Source: a virus
Taxonomy: Duplodnaviria > Heunggongvirae > Uroviricota > Caudoviricetes
DNA: 56,009 nt
Reading direction: 5' to 3' (one strand)
Virus record (IMG/VR): IMGVR_UViG_2512047041_000008
Below, in pieces: positions 1 to 9,177 of this stretch. Position 1 is the stretch's first letter. The number at the start of each line of letters is the position of its first letter. The position numbers and the translations under genes are program-made. The notes under the pieces are model-generated. The model worked only from the letters and a program-made list of their open reading frames with translations. It searched no databases and was not told where the DNA came from.

Positions 1-1284
1 TTACAGACTTCTTGAAGGTTGCGCAGCTGCTACAACACGCGGTTGATCTTCCGCGGCATCTTCCAGTGCACTTAAATCACGGTCTTTCACTTCTGGCATT
101 TTCAGCGCAGAGATTAAACCAATCACTGAATATGCCATGATCATAATGGCGATCGGATACCAGGATTCCGTCATGGTGCAGAAAATACCCGCCAGGATAG
201 GACCAAAACCGGAAGCGATAAGACCACCAATTTCTTTAGAAATAGCCATCCGGGTAAAGCGGTTTTTACAGCCGAACATTTCTGCCATGGTAATGTTTTC
301 CAGAGCAAATAATCCCAGCACCGCACAGTTATGAATCACAATCAGTGCAACCATAATGGTGCTCGGGGCATAGCTTTTATCTACGATGATAGAAAGCATT
401 GGCCACGCCAGCACAATCGCAGAGGTATTCATAATAATATACGGGATCCGGCGACCTATTTTATCGGATAACCAACCAAGGAACGGAATGGTCATAAAGC
501 CGAGAATCGAACTGATCATCAATGCATCTGTTGGAATTGCTTTGTTAAACAATAACGTCTGCACTAAATAGCCTGCAAGGAAAGTCTGAATTAAACCGGA
601 GTTACCAGCCTGACCAAAACGCAGCCCTGTTGCCAGCCAGAAGGATTTGCTCTGGAACATGCTACCAGCAGGTGCAGGTTTTGCTGTCGGTTGGTTACTG
701 TCGTTAACCTTCTCAAAGACCGGGCTTTCTTTCAGATTCATACGCAACCAGATAGCAAAGACCATCACGACAACGCTCGCCAGGAAAGGTATACGCCATC
801 CCCACGCCAGCAGTTCCTCTTTACTGAGAATGAAGAACATAAAGGCCCAGATTGCCGTTGCGCTCAAGGTTCCGCAGTTAGTTCCCATAGCCACAAATGA
901 GGAGATAATTCCGCGCTTACCTTTTGGCGCATATTCCGCCAGCATCGTACCGGCACCGGAAATTTCCGCGCCAGCCCCCAGCCCCTGAATAATACGCAGC
1001 GTCACCAGCAAAATTGGCGCAAACACACCAATTTGTGCATAGGTCGGCAGCACACCAATTAAGGTGGTACAGATCCCCATCATGGTGATGGTAATAAAGA
1101 GCACTTTTTTACGCCCTATTCTGTCGCCCATTTTGCCGAAAATAAATGCTCCGACAATACGTGCCACATAACCTGCACCATAGGTTCCCATTGCCAGAAT
1201 TAACGCCATTGCCGTTGACGATTCAGGAAAAAATATTTCATGAAAAACTAACGCTGCGCCGAGCGAATATAACTGGAAATCCAT
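1..1284 (-). CDS. ydfJ: MFS-family transporter (metabolite:H+ symporter-like), chromosomal gene flanking the prophage
   Basis: 427-aa ORF, multi-TM, MFS signature around GRKKVLF; matches recalled E. coli YdfJ, which is the Qin prophage neighbour. Confidence 0.8.
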   Translation of the reverse strand: MDFQLYSLGAALVFHEIFFPESSTAMALILAMGTYGAGYVARIVGAFIFGKMGDRIGRKKVLFITITMMGICTTLIGVLPTYAQIGVFAPILLVTLRIIQGLGAGAEISGAGTMLAEYAPKGKRGIISSFVAMGTNCGTLSATAIWAFMFFILSKEELLAWGWRIPFLASVVVMVFAIWLRMNLKESPVFEKVNDSNQPTAKPAPAGSMFQSKSFWLATGLRFGQAGNSGLIQTFLAGYLVQTLLFNKAIPTDALMISSILGFMTIPFLGWLSDKIGRRIPYIIMNTSAIVLAWPMLSIIVDKSYAPSTIMVALIVIHNCAVLGLFALENITMAEMFGCKNRFTRMAISKEIGGLIASGFGPILAGIFCTMTESWYPIAIMIMAYSVIGLISALKMPEVKDRDLSALEDAAEDQPRVVAAAQPSRSL

Positions 1285-2069
1285 AATTCACAGGTGTTTT
1301 TTCCCATCCTGTGGTTTCCTTGGCGTTTTCTAGGTTTTTTCAGATAGTTGCATTTTTTAAAAAGCATCCTAAGTTCGATCTCAGTGTCTATCTGGGGCCT
1401 ATTTCTGTCCCATATATGCCCCAAAAAAACTCCTCAACAGATAAGTAGTTTTTTCATGGAGTTACGCGTAAAATCAATAACGGCTGGAAATCATTCAATA
1501 CTCGCACTATCGAAAAATTTACCAGCCAACCGCAGCACGTTCTTGCATAAGGCGTGTCTGCGGTTTTTCAACTATTCAGATACATCACTCCCATCACATT
1601 CATTCCTCCGCATCAAAGGCATATAGGCTATATCACCTTGATATTTTTCTTCTTCAGATAAAAACTGTTATCTATGTATACTTTTAAACCCAATCCGTGT
1701 AGAGTCTCTGCATAAGATAGTTTGCAGTTGCCACTTCAGCTTGCGCCATAAACCGCCTGATTTTTGCCGCCATCTGTTAGCATTCCTGTATACCTGAAAC
1801 GACAATGTTTATCTACGAACTTTAAGAACACCCAGGATAAAAATTGTCAACTATATCATATATAACACATTACTAATTCGAGGCTATATGAACAGCATAC
1901 TGATAATCACTTCGCTCCTTATCATATTCAGCATTTTTAGTCATGCTCTAATAAAATTAGGGATTGGCATATCCAATAACCCAGACAAAACCGATGTATA
2001 AGTCAACATATCCTGAATCAGACATACAATATCGCAATGAAAATCAATAATATTTTAAGGAATATATTC

Positions 2070-2303
2070 ATGAAATCAAAAGACACCCTAAAGTGGTTCC
2101 CTGCGCAGCTTCCTGAAGTCAGAATTATCCTAGGGGATGCTGTAGTGGAAGTAGCAAAACAGGGAAGACCTATCAATACCAGAACATTGCTTGATTACAT
2201 TGAAGGAAACATAAAGAAAAAATCATGGCTGGATAACAAAGAATTATTACAAACAGCGATATCAGTTCTTAAAGACAACCAAAATTTAAATGGTAAAATG
2301 TAA
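2070..2303 (+). CDS. ydfK: YdfK/YnaE-like cold-shock-inducible prophage protein
   Basis: ORF 2037..2303; internal start MKSKDTLKWFPAQLPE matches recalled YdfK/YnaE. Confidence 0.65.
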   Translation: MKSKDTLKWFPAQLPEVRIILGDAVVEVAKQGRPINTRTLLDYIEGNIKKKSWLDNKELLQTAISVLKDNQNLNGKM

Positions 2304-2619
2304 TATAATAAACTTACTTTTTTATCATTTTTCCACTTTAACAACATTTTGCTCCACTTTTCCACGACCAAACAACTTGAAATCTGGTTAAAATAACACG
2401 CAACACTATTCTTCTTCCTTGAGTCCGCCCGGAACTCGAAAAACAAACCGAGTTAAAGCCATTTTTCACAAAATCGATTTTGGGTCTCACCAAAATTACG
2501 GGGTTGCATACGCATTCGTTTATTTTCGAACGTGTACATACAAACATGCACAAAAATAATCAAAATTATTTTCTGAGATGCATTATGATATGAACACCAA
2601 TTTCGTATAGAGTCTCACT

Positions 2620-2979
2620 ATGTCTCGAATTTTTGCTTACTGTCGGATATCAACGCTGGATCAGACCACCGAAAATCAATGCCGGGAAATCGAAAGTGCA
2701 GGTTTTAAAATCAAACCTCAGCAAATAATCGAAGAACACATTAGCGGCTCAGCAGCAACCAGTGAGCGTCCTGGTTTTAACCGGTTGCTTGCTCGCCTGA
2801 AATGTGGTGATCAATTGATTGTGACAAAACTGGATCGCCTTGGTTGTAATGCAATGGATATCAGGAAAACAGTGGAACAACTGACCGAAACAGGTATCAG
2901 AGTGCATTGCTTAGCATTGGGGGGCATTGACCTGACCAGTCCAACAGGAAAAATGATGATGCAAGTAATTTCAGCAGTC
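2620..2979 (+). pseudogene. pin: Serine recombinase / DNA invertase (Pin-like), N-terminal part, interrupted by IS629
   Basis: N-terminus [15 protein letters not shown] is a resolvase/invertase catalytic-Ser motif; reading frame runs straight into the IS629 end, which supplies the stop codon. Confidence 0.8.
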
Positions 2980-3021
2980 TGAACCGCCCCGGGTTTCCTG
3001 GAGAGTGTTTTATCTGTGAAC

Positions 3022-3912
3022 TCAGGCTGCCAGATCATCGTTTCCGATGGAAGCATAATAAGCTTTTTCTGCTTCTGCCGGAGGAGTATGGCCCAGCCTT
3101 TCCAGCAATCGTCGATTGTTATACCAGTCCACCCACGTGAGTGTGGCCAGTTCCACTTCTGCACGGTTTTTCCAGCTCTTACGGTGTATTACCTCCGCTT
3201 TGTAAAGACCATTGATGCTCTCCGCCATCGCGTTGTCATACGAGTCGCCTGTACTTCCTGTTGATGCCAGTAATCCGGCTTCCTTAAGCCGCTGTGTGTA
3301 GGCCAGCGATACATACTGAGAACCTTTATCACTGTGATGGACCGTGCCGGACGGTCGACGGGCCCATAACGCCTGCTCCAGTGCATCCAGCACGAATGTC
3401 GTTTCCATGGACGATGAGACCCGCCACCCCACGATGTATCCGGCAAACACATCAATGATGAACGCCACATAGACGAAGCCCCGCCATGTGCTGACGTAAG
3501 TAAAATCAGCCACCCACAGCTGGTCAGGTCGTTCTGCCACGAACTGACGGTTTACGCGGTCGCCTGCGGCAACGGCTTTCCGGCTGATGGTCGTACGGAC
3601 CTTTTTACCCCGGAGAACACCGGCAAGTCCCATAACCGCCATGAGACGTGCCACAGTGCATCTGGCCACTCTGATACCTTCCCGTAACAACTGACGCCAG
3701 ACTTTACGCACACCGTATACCTTGTGATTTTCATCGTATACGCGCTGTATCTCTTTCTTCAGCCAGTCATCGCGCTGCGCACGGGCACTGCGTTTATCCG
3801 GATGATGTCGCTGTTGCTGACAGTGGTAATACGTTGACGGGGCAATATGCAGTTCGCTGCATAGCGGTCCGACCCCGTACTGCTCACGCAGCTTATCCAG
3901 CAGTGGCATCAT
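3022..3912 (-). CDS. IS629 transposase OrfB (DDE catalytic domain)
   Basis: 296 aa, DDE/rve-type; start overlaps orfA stop (ATGA). Confidence 0.85.
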   Translation of the reverse strand: MMPLLDKLREQYGVGPLCSELHIAPSTYYHCQQQRHHPDKRSARAQRDDWLKKEIQRVYDENHKVYGVRKVWRQLLREGIRVARCTVARLMAVMGLAGVLRGKKVRTTISRKAVAAGDRVNRQFVAERPDQLWVADFTYVSTWRGFVYVAFIIDVFAGYIVGWRVSSSMETTFVLDALEQALWARRPSGTVHHSDKGSQYVSLAYTQRLKEAGLLASTGSTGDSYDNAMAESINGLYKAEVIHRKSWKNRAEVELATLTWVDWYNNRRLLERLGHTPPAEAEKAYYASIGNDDLAA

Positions 3913-4235
3913 TTTTTCCAGAGGCGGTCGAACTCCGCCTTCGCAAAATAAGCGGAAGCCTGGCGAAGGATATCGTTACTGCGGCGCAGTTCACGATTTT
4001 CACGTTCCAGCTCTTTCAGACGCTGACGTTCAGCGGTGGTGAGCCCTCCATCACCGCCCCCGGTATCCCGCTCATGCTGGCGAACCCAGACACGCAGAGT
4101 CTCCGGCGTACAGCCAATCTTTGGAGCAATGGAACAAATTGTCGCCCATTGTGAGTCATATTCGCTCTGACTTTCCAGAACCATACGGACTGCCCGTTGA
4201 CGGACTTCGGGGGAAAAACGAGTATTTTTAGTCAT
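3909..4235 (-). CDS. IS629 transposase OrfA (HTH)
   Basis: 108 aa, [19 protein letters not shown]...; IS3-family OrfA. Confidence 0.85.
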   Translation of the reverse strand: MTKNTRFSPEVRQRAVRMVLESQSEYDSQWATICSIAPKIGCTPETLRVWVRQHERDTGGGDGGLTTAERQRLKELERENRELRRSNDILRQASAYFAKAEFDRLWKK

Positions 4236-4289
4236 CCTGTTTACCTCTTTCTCAGGAAGTTTAGTCTCCAGGATTCCCGGGGCGGTTCA

Positions 4290-4523
4290 GTCGCTGAATT
4301 TGAACGAGACCTTTTACTTGAACGCACTCATTCCGGGATAGTAAGAGCCCGGGGCGCAGGAAAACGTTTTGGTCGACCACCTGTGTTAAATGAAGAACAG
4401 AAACAGGTGGTATTCGAACGGATTAAGTCAGGTGTAAGTATAAGTGCCATTGCCCGGGAATTCAAAACCTCGCGGCAAACCATTTTAAGAGCCAAAGCAA
4501 AACTTCAGACACCTGACATATAA
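4290..4523 (+). pseudogene. pin: Pin-like invertase C-terminal part (HTH DNA-binding domain), separated from N-part by IS629
   Basis: After removing the IS and one GTC copy the frame continues ...[19 protein letters not shown]...; Fis/Hin-type C-terminal HTH. Confidence 0.75.
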
Positions 4524-4750
4524 AAAATAATCTCGGTGTGAGATGCCTTACGTCTTCCAAGCCCCCTTCCTTGCCGTAAATGGAAAGATACATCTAATTA
4601 TAGAATTTATATGTTTTACCCTACGGCAGTGCTGGCCATTCAATATCCTGTGCAGTTGACGTATCAACACGGTTCAGCAACACCCGATACTTCTTCCAGG
4701 CTTCCCGCAACGAGGTTTCTTCCTCCGTTGCATATACAGCTCACCTTTTT

Positions 4751-5044
4751 TCACCCACGATTAACCAACAGCCAGACCAGCAGACACGCCACCACCGGCA
4801 CAGCAAAATCCATCAGACTTGTCACATCCCACGCGCGCGGATCAAAACCGCCCCACCACGGCATATTCATTCGCTTGCCATGCCCGAACATTTCAATCCA
4901 GCGATATTCTGCCTGGGTATGTTCACGCGCAATGAAGAACGTACAACCGGCTATCGCCCCGTAAGCCCAGTTTCCGGTAAAAAGACCAACCAGTACCTGC
5001 GCAGCCACAGCACAAAGTGCATGAAGGAAAGGTGTTATATCCAT
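4751..5044 (-). CDS. Hypothetical small membrane protein (2-3 predicted TM segments)
   Basis: 97-aa ORF with hydrophobic stretches; no recognised family. Confidence 0.45.
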   Translation of the reverse strand: MDITPFLHALCAVAAQVLVGLFTGNWAYGAIAGCTFFIAREHTQAEYRWIEMFGHGKRMNMPWWGGFDPRAWDVTSLMDFAVPVVACLLVWLLVNRG

Positions 5045-5054
5045 TACTCCTCCT

Positions 5055-5759
5055 TTATCCGATATCGCTTCGGGAAGTTGATAACAACTTTAATTCTGAC
5101 TCAAGTTCATCAACTCTTTCAGTCAGTTTCTGGATATGGTGAATCAGTGGAACAACCAGACGTTCGTACATTACACCTTCGGCAACAAGGCCATTGCTGG
5201 AAATAGCTTCAGGAGCATCATTCTCGTTAGCTGGTCGCCAGTGAACAAACTGAGGGGCAATTTCTCCTACTTCCTCGGCAATCAATCCATAGAATCCCCA
5301 ATCGCGCCTGTCATTTTCGCATTGCGACCTGTACCACACAGGGCGCATCCTGAAAATGAGATCGGCGTGCTCCGAATCTATCGTCTCTACTGAATGTTTA
5401 TAGCGGATAGACGATGTGGACCGCAGTACAGACGAAATTGCGGGGTCAGGATTAAGATAAAGGTTTGCCGCCGCTGTAGTCGTGCCCAATCCCCACAAAT
5501 AAAACGCTTCACGACCAGTCAGCGGGTAAAAATCTCCACCATAACGACCACTTTCCAGATCGTTCACTTCCACTTTGTTTTTCAGCTTATTATCAACTTC
5601 AGTTTTTGTGTATCTGGTGCTGATATCCTGCTTTGCACTGGTCATATCAGTCTGAAGCGTTGATACTTTTCCGTTAATTGAGGAAATATCTTCCTTGGCT
5701 TTACTGACATCTCCCTTTAACGTGGTGATGTCTCCTGGAATTACTGTCGATGTAGCCAT
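5055..5759 (-). CDS. Tail-fibre-like protein with N-terminal coiled coil and C-terminal intramolecular-chaperone (peptidase S74-like) domain
   Basis: 234 aa; C-terminal pattern SSIRYKHSV...GLIAEEV...YERLVVPLIHHIQKL...LESEL resembles S74 auto-cleaving chaperone domains of tail spikes/fibres. Confidence 0.5.
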   Translation of the reverse strand: MATSTVIPGDITTLKGDVSKAKEDISSINGKVSTLQTDMTSAKQDISTRYTKTEVDNKLKNKVEVNDLESGRYGGDFYPLTGREAFYLWGLGTTTAAANLYLNPDPAISSVLRSTSSIRYKHSVETIDSEHADLIFRMRPVWYRSQCENDRRDWGFYGLIAEEVGEIAPQFVHWRPANENDAPEAISSNGLVAEGVMYERLVVPLIHHIQKLTERVDELESELKLLSTSRSDIG

Positions 5760-5768
5760 TTGTCTCCC

Positions 5769-6050
5769 TCACATCCAGCCACGAAGTTGATGCTCAACAA
5801 CAATCGCGTATTTATCGAATATTGACGATTTTTTTGCATCATTAATGATGCGCACGTTTACAAAATATCCGTCCTCCTTAACACATACCGGTTCGCCATC
5901 TTCAGTCAGTTCTCCGGTTTCTTTGTACACGTTACCTATCACGTCAATAAGAATATCATCCTGCATCGACTCGTCATCATAATAGCCAATACTCTCCATA
6001 AAGGCCGAAAAGTCGGCCCTGTCTGCAAATTTGAGCGTTAAATCTTTCAT
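5769..6050 (-). CDS. Hypothetical acidic protein between stf and the S74-domain gene
   Basis: 93-aa ORF, start overlaps stf stop (coupled); no recognised family. Confidence 0.4.
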   Translation of the reverse strand: MKDLTLKFADRADFSAFMESIGYYDDESMQDDILIDVIGNVYKETGELTEDGEPVCVKEDGYFVNVRIINDAKKSSIFDKYAIVVEHQLRGWM

Positions 6051-8452
6051 TTAATACTCTCCCCCATTTGCGCATCAGTTAATTCTTTATGCCAGAGACG
6101 AAGATTTCTCAAATGGCCGAATAGATGACGAGTTCCCGATGTGGCTTGACCTCCAATTCGAATAAAGGTCCGTGTTTTTACGCCCGTCCACTCCGTTTTC
6201 ATGGTTTTAGTAGCCTCACCGTTAGAAACTACTCGTTTAGTACCATCAGAATAAATATTAAAACCACCAATGAATTTTCGAACATCAGTTCGACCAGCAA
6301 ACACACTAGAAACGTAAGTACTTGTCGACGCTTTATAAGTTTGCATATAAAGCTGACCGTAATATTTCTCAGTTGTGTTAAAAGCGTATGTAATTGACTC
6401 AATAGGTGGCACACCAGAAAAATCAAAAATACGCGGTGCTACATTAGGAGGAATATCGCCCCAATTTCTATTAACCTCGACCAGGCACGTAAGCGGTCTA
6501 TTATAGATATTATTTTCAGTTGGGATCGTCACCATATCACTGGAGCGGGTTGCGGGTACAGTTGTCGTAATAACAAAAGATGAAGCACATCCGCCGTTTT
6601 CAAATTGTGGTGTTGCAAGGTAAATATAATCTCCCGCTTCAGTTACACCACCTTTTTTCGGCGCATACTGAATCATTGCGCCAATTAAGGTTTCACCTTC
6701 AACAGCTTCTATAGTTGCCTCATAGAAAATCCACCCTGTAACCGGATCTTTAGTTGCAGTAGCTGCTATTCTATTGGCTGCTCCGCCAGTTTTTTCTATT
6801 ATCAGAGTTCCGAAAGTTAAATAAGCATCTCCTAAAAATGTATAAACCGACCCATCGTATTTTTCAAAACGCAAACGACAACGAAGACCATCAGGAGCTT
6901 TAACCCTGCATGAAACAGTGCAATACTTATTATCGCCACTAACATCAATCCCCCGGGATGCACTGCATGTATGCAGACTAAGTGCAGATGATTGTCCTGT
7001 CATATTATCTTTTGTTCGCATTTTGGCATATGAAAAACCAAATTCATCAACACCATTATTAGTTTTATCGATATTGCTGGTACTCGTCCATTCAGCGGGG
7101 ATATTGGATTTAACAAAATAGTTAGTGCGCTGTCCTTCAATCAATAAACCTTCTTTTTCAAATCGTGGCTCATCAATTTTAGCAACACTAAATACGCCTG
7201 ATTTATTGATATATGTGGCAGTTGATGCGCGTTTAAACTTTACAACCTTATCGCCAGGCATCGTTATTTCATCATCACCAATAACAATCTTTTTATATGA
7301 CGGCGAAAAGCCCGTAATCATATCCAGTGAATCGTTAAACGGTATCCACACATCGGGAAGCGGCTGCAAAACTTGTTTATACGGCTCCGCAGCCTGGCTT
7401 GCATACTCTCTGGCTGCGTCTTCACTTGCTTTTGCAGCCGTCTGGCTTGCTGCCGATGCTTTCGCTGAGTTAGCCGCCGCAGTCTCGCTCGCCTTTGCGT
7501 TGGTTTCACTGGTTTTTGCAGCTTTTTGACTGTTGGCTGATGCAGAGGCAGAAGAAGCCGCCGCACTTGCAGAACCAGCTGCGGCACTCTCGCTTTGGGC
7601 TGCTGCATCCTGACTGTTTTTCGCCGCAGTTTCACTGGCTTTGGCATTCGTTTCGCTGGTCTTCGCTGCCGTCTGGCTGGACTTTGCGTTAGTTTCACTC
7701 GTCTTCGCAGCTTTCTGGCTGTTAGCCGCAGCAGTTGCTGATCCAGTTGCTGAAGTCGCAGAACCGGCTGCCGCGCTCTCGCTTTGGGCTGCTGCAACCT
7801 GGCTGTTTTTTGCCGCAGTTTCACTGGCTTTGGCATTCGTTTCGCTGGTCTTCGCTGCCGTCTGGCTGGACTTTGCGTTGGTTTCGCTCGTCTTTGCGGC
7901 TGTCTCGCTATTTTTCGCGTTGGTTTCTGATTTTTTGGCTGCTGTCGCGGAGTTTTCTGATGCAGTCTGTGAGGTCGCTGCCGCCTGTGCACTATTAGCT
8001 GCATTCGTTTCTGAGGTTTTCGCCGCGTTCTTCGATGATGCCGCTGCAGTTTCGGATTTCTTTGCCGCCGCTGCGCTCTGAGAGGCGGCTTCGGCGTTGC
8101 GTGCCGCTTCTTCCACCATTTCCTCAAAACGACGCAATGCCTCCGGCATGACATCATCTTCCGTCATGGCACCGAGAAAATCATTCAGCGTACCTGGTCT
8201 GGAACCTTCATAGACGGTAATGGTTCCGGCATGTGAAGGCGGAAAACCTTCAACAAGCAGGATAACGCTGTACTGGCCATACTCAACATCCATGCTGTAA
8301 CGCCCGGCTTCATCCGGATTTTCAGAGGCCACCGTGTTCACCAGTACCGTGGTGCTGTTACGCTTTGCCTTCAGTTGAATAGTGCAGTTCTGTATTGGTT
8401 TTCCCGCACCATCTTTCAGCACACCTGAGATTTTTACTGCTGCCATATCCAC
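6047..8452 (-). CDS. stf: Side tail fibre protein (lambda Stf-like N-terminus, Ala/Ser/Thr-rich repeat shaft, lectin-like C-terminal domain)
   Basis: 801 aa; N-terminus MAAVKISGVLKDGAGKP matches recalled lambda Stf; internal tandem repeats. Confidence 0.75.
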   Translation of the reverse strand: MDMAAVKISGVLKDGAGKPIQNCTIQLKAKRNSTTVLVNTVASENPDEAGRYSMDVEYGQYSVILLVEGFPPSHAGTITVYEGSRPGTLNDFLGAMTEDDVMPEALRRFEEMVEEAARNAEAASQSAAAAKKSETAAASSKNAAKTSETNAANSAQAAATSQTASENSATAAKKSETNAKNSETAAKTSETNAKSSQTAAKTSETNAKASETAAKNSQVAAAQSESAAAGSATSATGSATAAANSQKAAKTSETNAKSSQTAAKTSETNAKASETAAKNSQDAAAQSESAAAGSASAAASSASASANSQKAAKTSETNAKASETAAANSAKASAASQTAAKASEDAAREYASQAAEPYKQVLQPLPDVWIPFNDSLDMITGFSPSYKKIVIGDDEITMPGDKVVKFKRASTATYINKSGVFSVAKIDEPRFEKEGLLIEGQRTNYFVKSNIPAEWTSTSNIDKTNNGVDEFGFSYAKMRTKDNMTGQSSALSLHTCSASRGIDVSGDNKYCTVSCRVKAPDGLRCRLRFEKYDGSVYTFLGDAYLTFGTLIIEKTGGAANRIAATATKDPVTGWIFYEATIEAVEGETLIGAMIQYAPKKGGVTEAGDYIYLATPQFENGGCASSFVITTTVPATRSSDMVTIPTENNIYNRPLTCLVEVNRNWGDIPPNVAPRIFDFSGVPPIESITYAFNTTEKYYGQLYMQTYKASTSTYVSSVFAGRTDVRKFIGGFNIYSDGTKRVVSNGEATKTMKTEWTGVKTRTFIRIGGQATSGTRHLFGHLRNLRLWHKELTDAQMGESIK
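7569..7946. repeat. Two tandem 189-bp (63-codon) repeat units inside stf, within a longer degenerate repeat tract
   Basis: Sequence from 7569 recurs at 7758 with near identity over about 120 bp; encodes repeated SETNAK..TAAK motifs. Confidence 0.8.
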
Positions 8453-8510
8453 TCCACAAAAAAGCCCGCCTGAACCGGCGGGCTGTCATAACACTGTGTT
8501 ACCTGGCTAA

Positions 8511-9110
8511 TCAGAACTTATAACCGACACCCACGATGAAACCGTCAGTGCGCCAGTCGCCACTGCCGGAGCCTTCATAAGCAATATCAATGGCCACGGA
8601 TTCGGTCGGGTTAAACTGCACGCCAGCTCCCCACGCCAGAGACGTGTTGCTGTGGCGATCGTCATCACTTCCGGTCAGCACATCGTGCGTTTTCCCCTTG
8701 TTGTCAGTTACGCGGAGATAATCCCCGGAGAACGTCGAAACACGGCTGTAAGCCACACCTGCCATCGCATAAGCACTGAACCATTCATTCACGCGTACAG
8801 ATGGCCCCGCCATCATGCTGAACCAGCGGTTACGCACGGAATCTTCATGCCAGCGGGTATCGCTGTAATGCGTTTTTTGCTCATCTTTGGCATTGGCATA
8901 ACTGAATGACGTCACCAGCCCCAGCGTGTCCGTAAATTCATAACGGTATTTCACGTTAATGCCCTTCAGGTCATCACTGCCTGGCATATCAGTATGGGTC
9001 TGAAGATACCCGGCGCTTAGTGTGGACTGATGCTCTGCTGCGCTCGCTGGCGTACCAGCGGCAACCAGCCAGACTACTGCGGACAGAATAACAGCACATA
9101 ATTTACGCAT
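8511..9110 (-). CDS. lom: Lom outer-membrane protein (Ail/Lom family)
   Basis: 199 aa with signal peptide and beta-barrel pattern; position after J as in lambda. Confidence 0.85.
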   Translation of the reverse strand: MRKLCAVILSAVVWLVAAGTPASAAEHQSTLSAGYLQTHTDMPGSDDLKGINVKYRYEFTDTLGLVTSFSYANAKDEQKTHYSDTRWHEDSVRNRWFSMMAGPSVRVNEWFSAYAMAGVAYSRVSTFSGDYLRVTDNKGKTHDVLTGSDDDRHSNTSLAWGAGVQFNPTESVAIDIAYEGSGSGDWRTDGFIVGVGYKF

Positions 9111-9177
9111 AATTACCTCTCGCTTTTCTGCAATAAAAAAGGCGTCATTTCTGACGCCCGTATTGGGGTTATAAAAT

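Larger units (their letters stand above)
2980..4289 (-). mobile_element. IS629 (IS3 family) copy 1, 1310 bp, flanked by 3-bp direct repeat GTC
   Basis: Termini TGAACCGCCCCGGG...CCCGGGGCGGTTCA; OrfA/OrfB pair; GTC at 2977-2979 and 4290-4292. Confidence 0.85.

Noticed and set aside
1348-1626. 92-aa plus-strand ORF in the ydfJ-ydfK intergenic region
   Set aside because: AT-rich intergenic DNA with no obvious RBS or recognisable protein features; more likely promoter or attachment-site DNA.
2436-2466. gix/hix-like recombination site upstream of pin (AAACCGAG core)
   Set aside because: Only a partial match to one half-site of the Gin/Hin crossover consensus and no convincing inverted partner; too weak to call.
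7430-8050. Possible CRISPR array suggested by direct repeats
   Set aside because: The repeats are 189 bp, contiguous, in frame and inside the tail-fibre ORF, with no spacer structure. I saw no CRISPR-like repeat-spacer array anywhere in the window.
7318-8157. 279-aa Arg/Gln/Lys-rich ORF on the minus strand inside stf
   Set aside because: Alternative-frame read-through of the low-complexity repeat tract in the same orientation as stf; a compositional artefact, not a separate gene.
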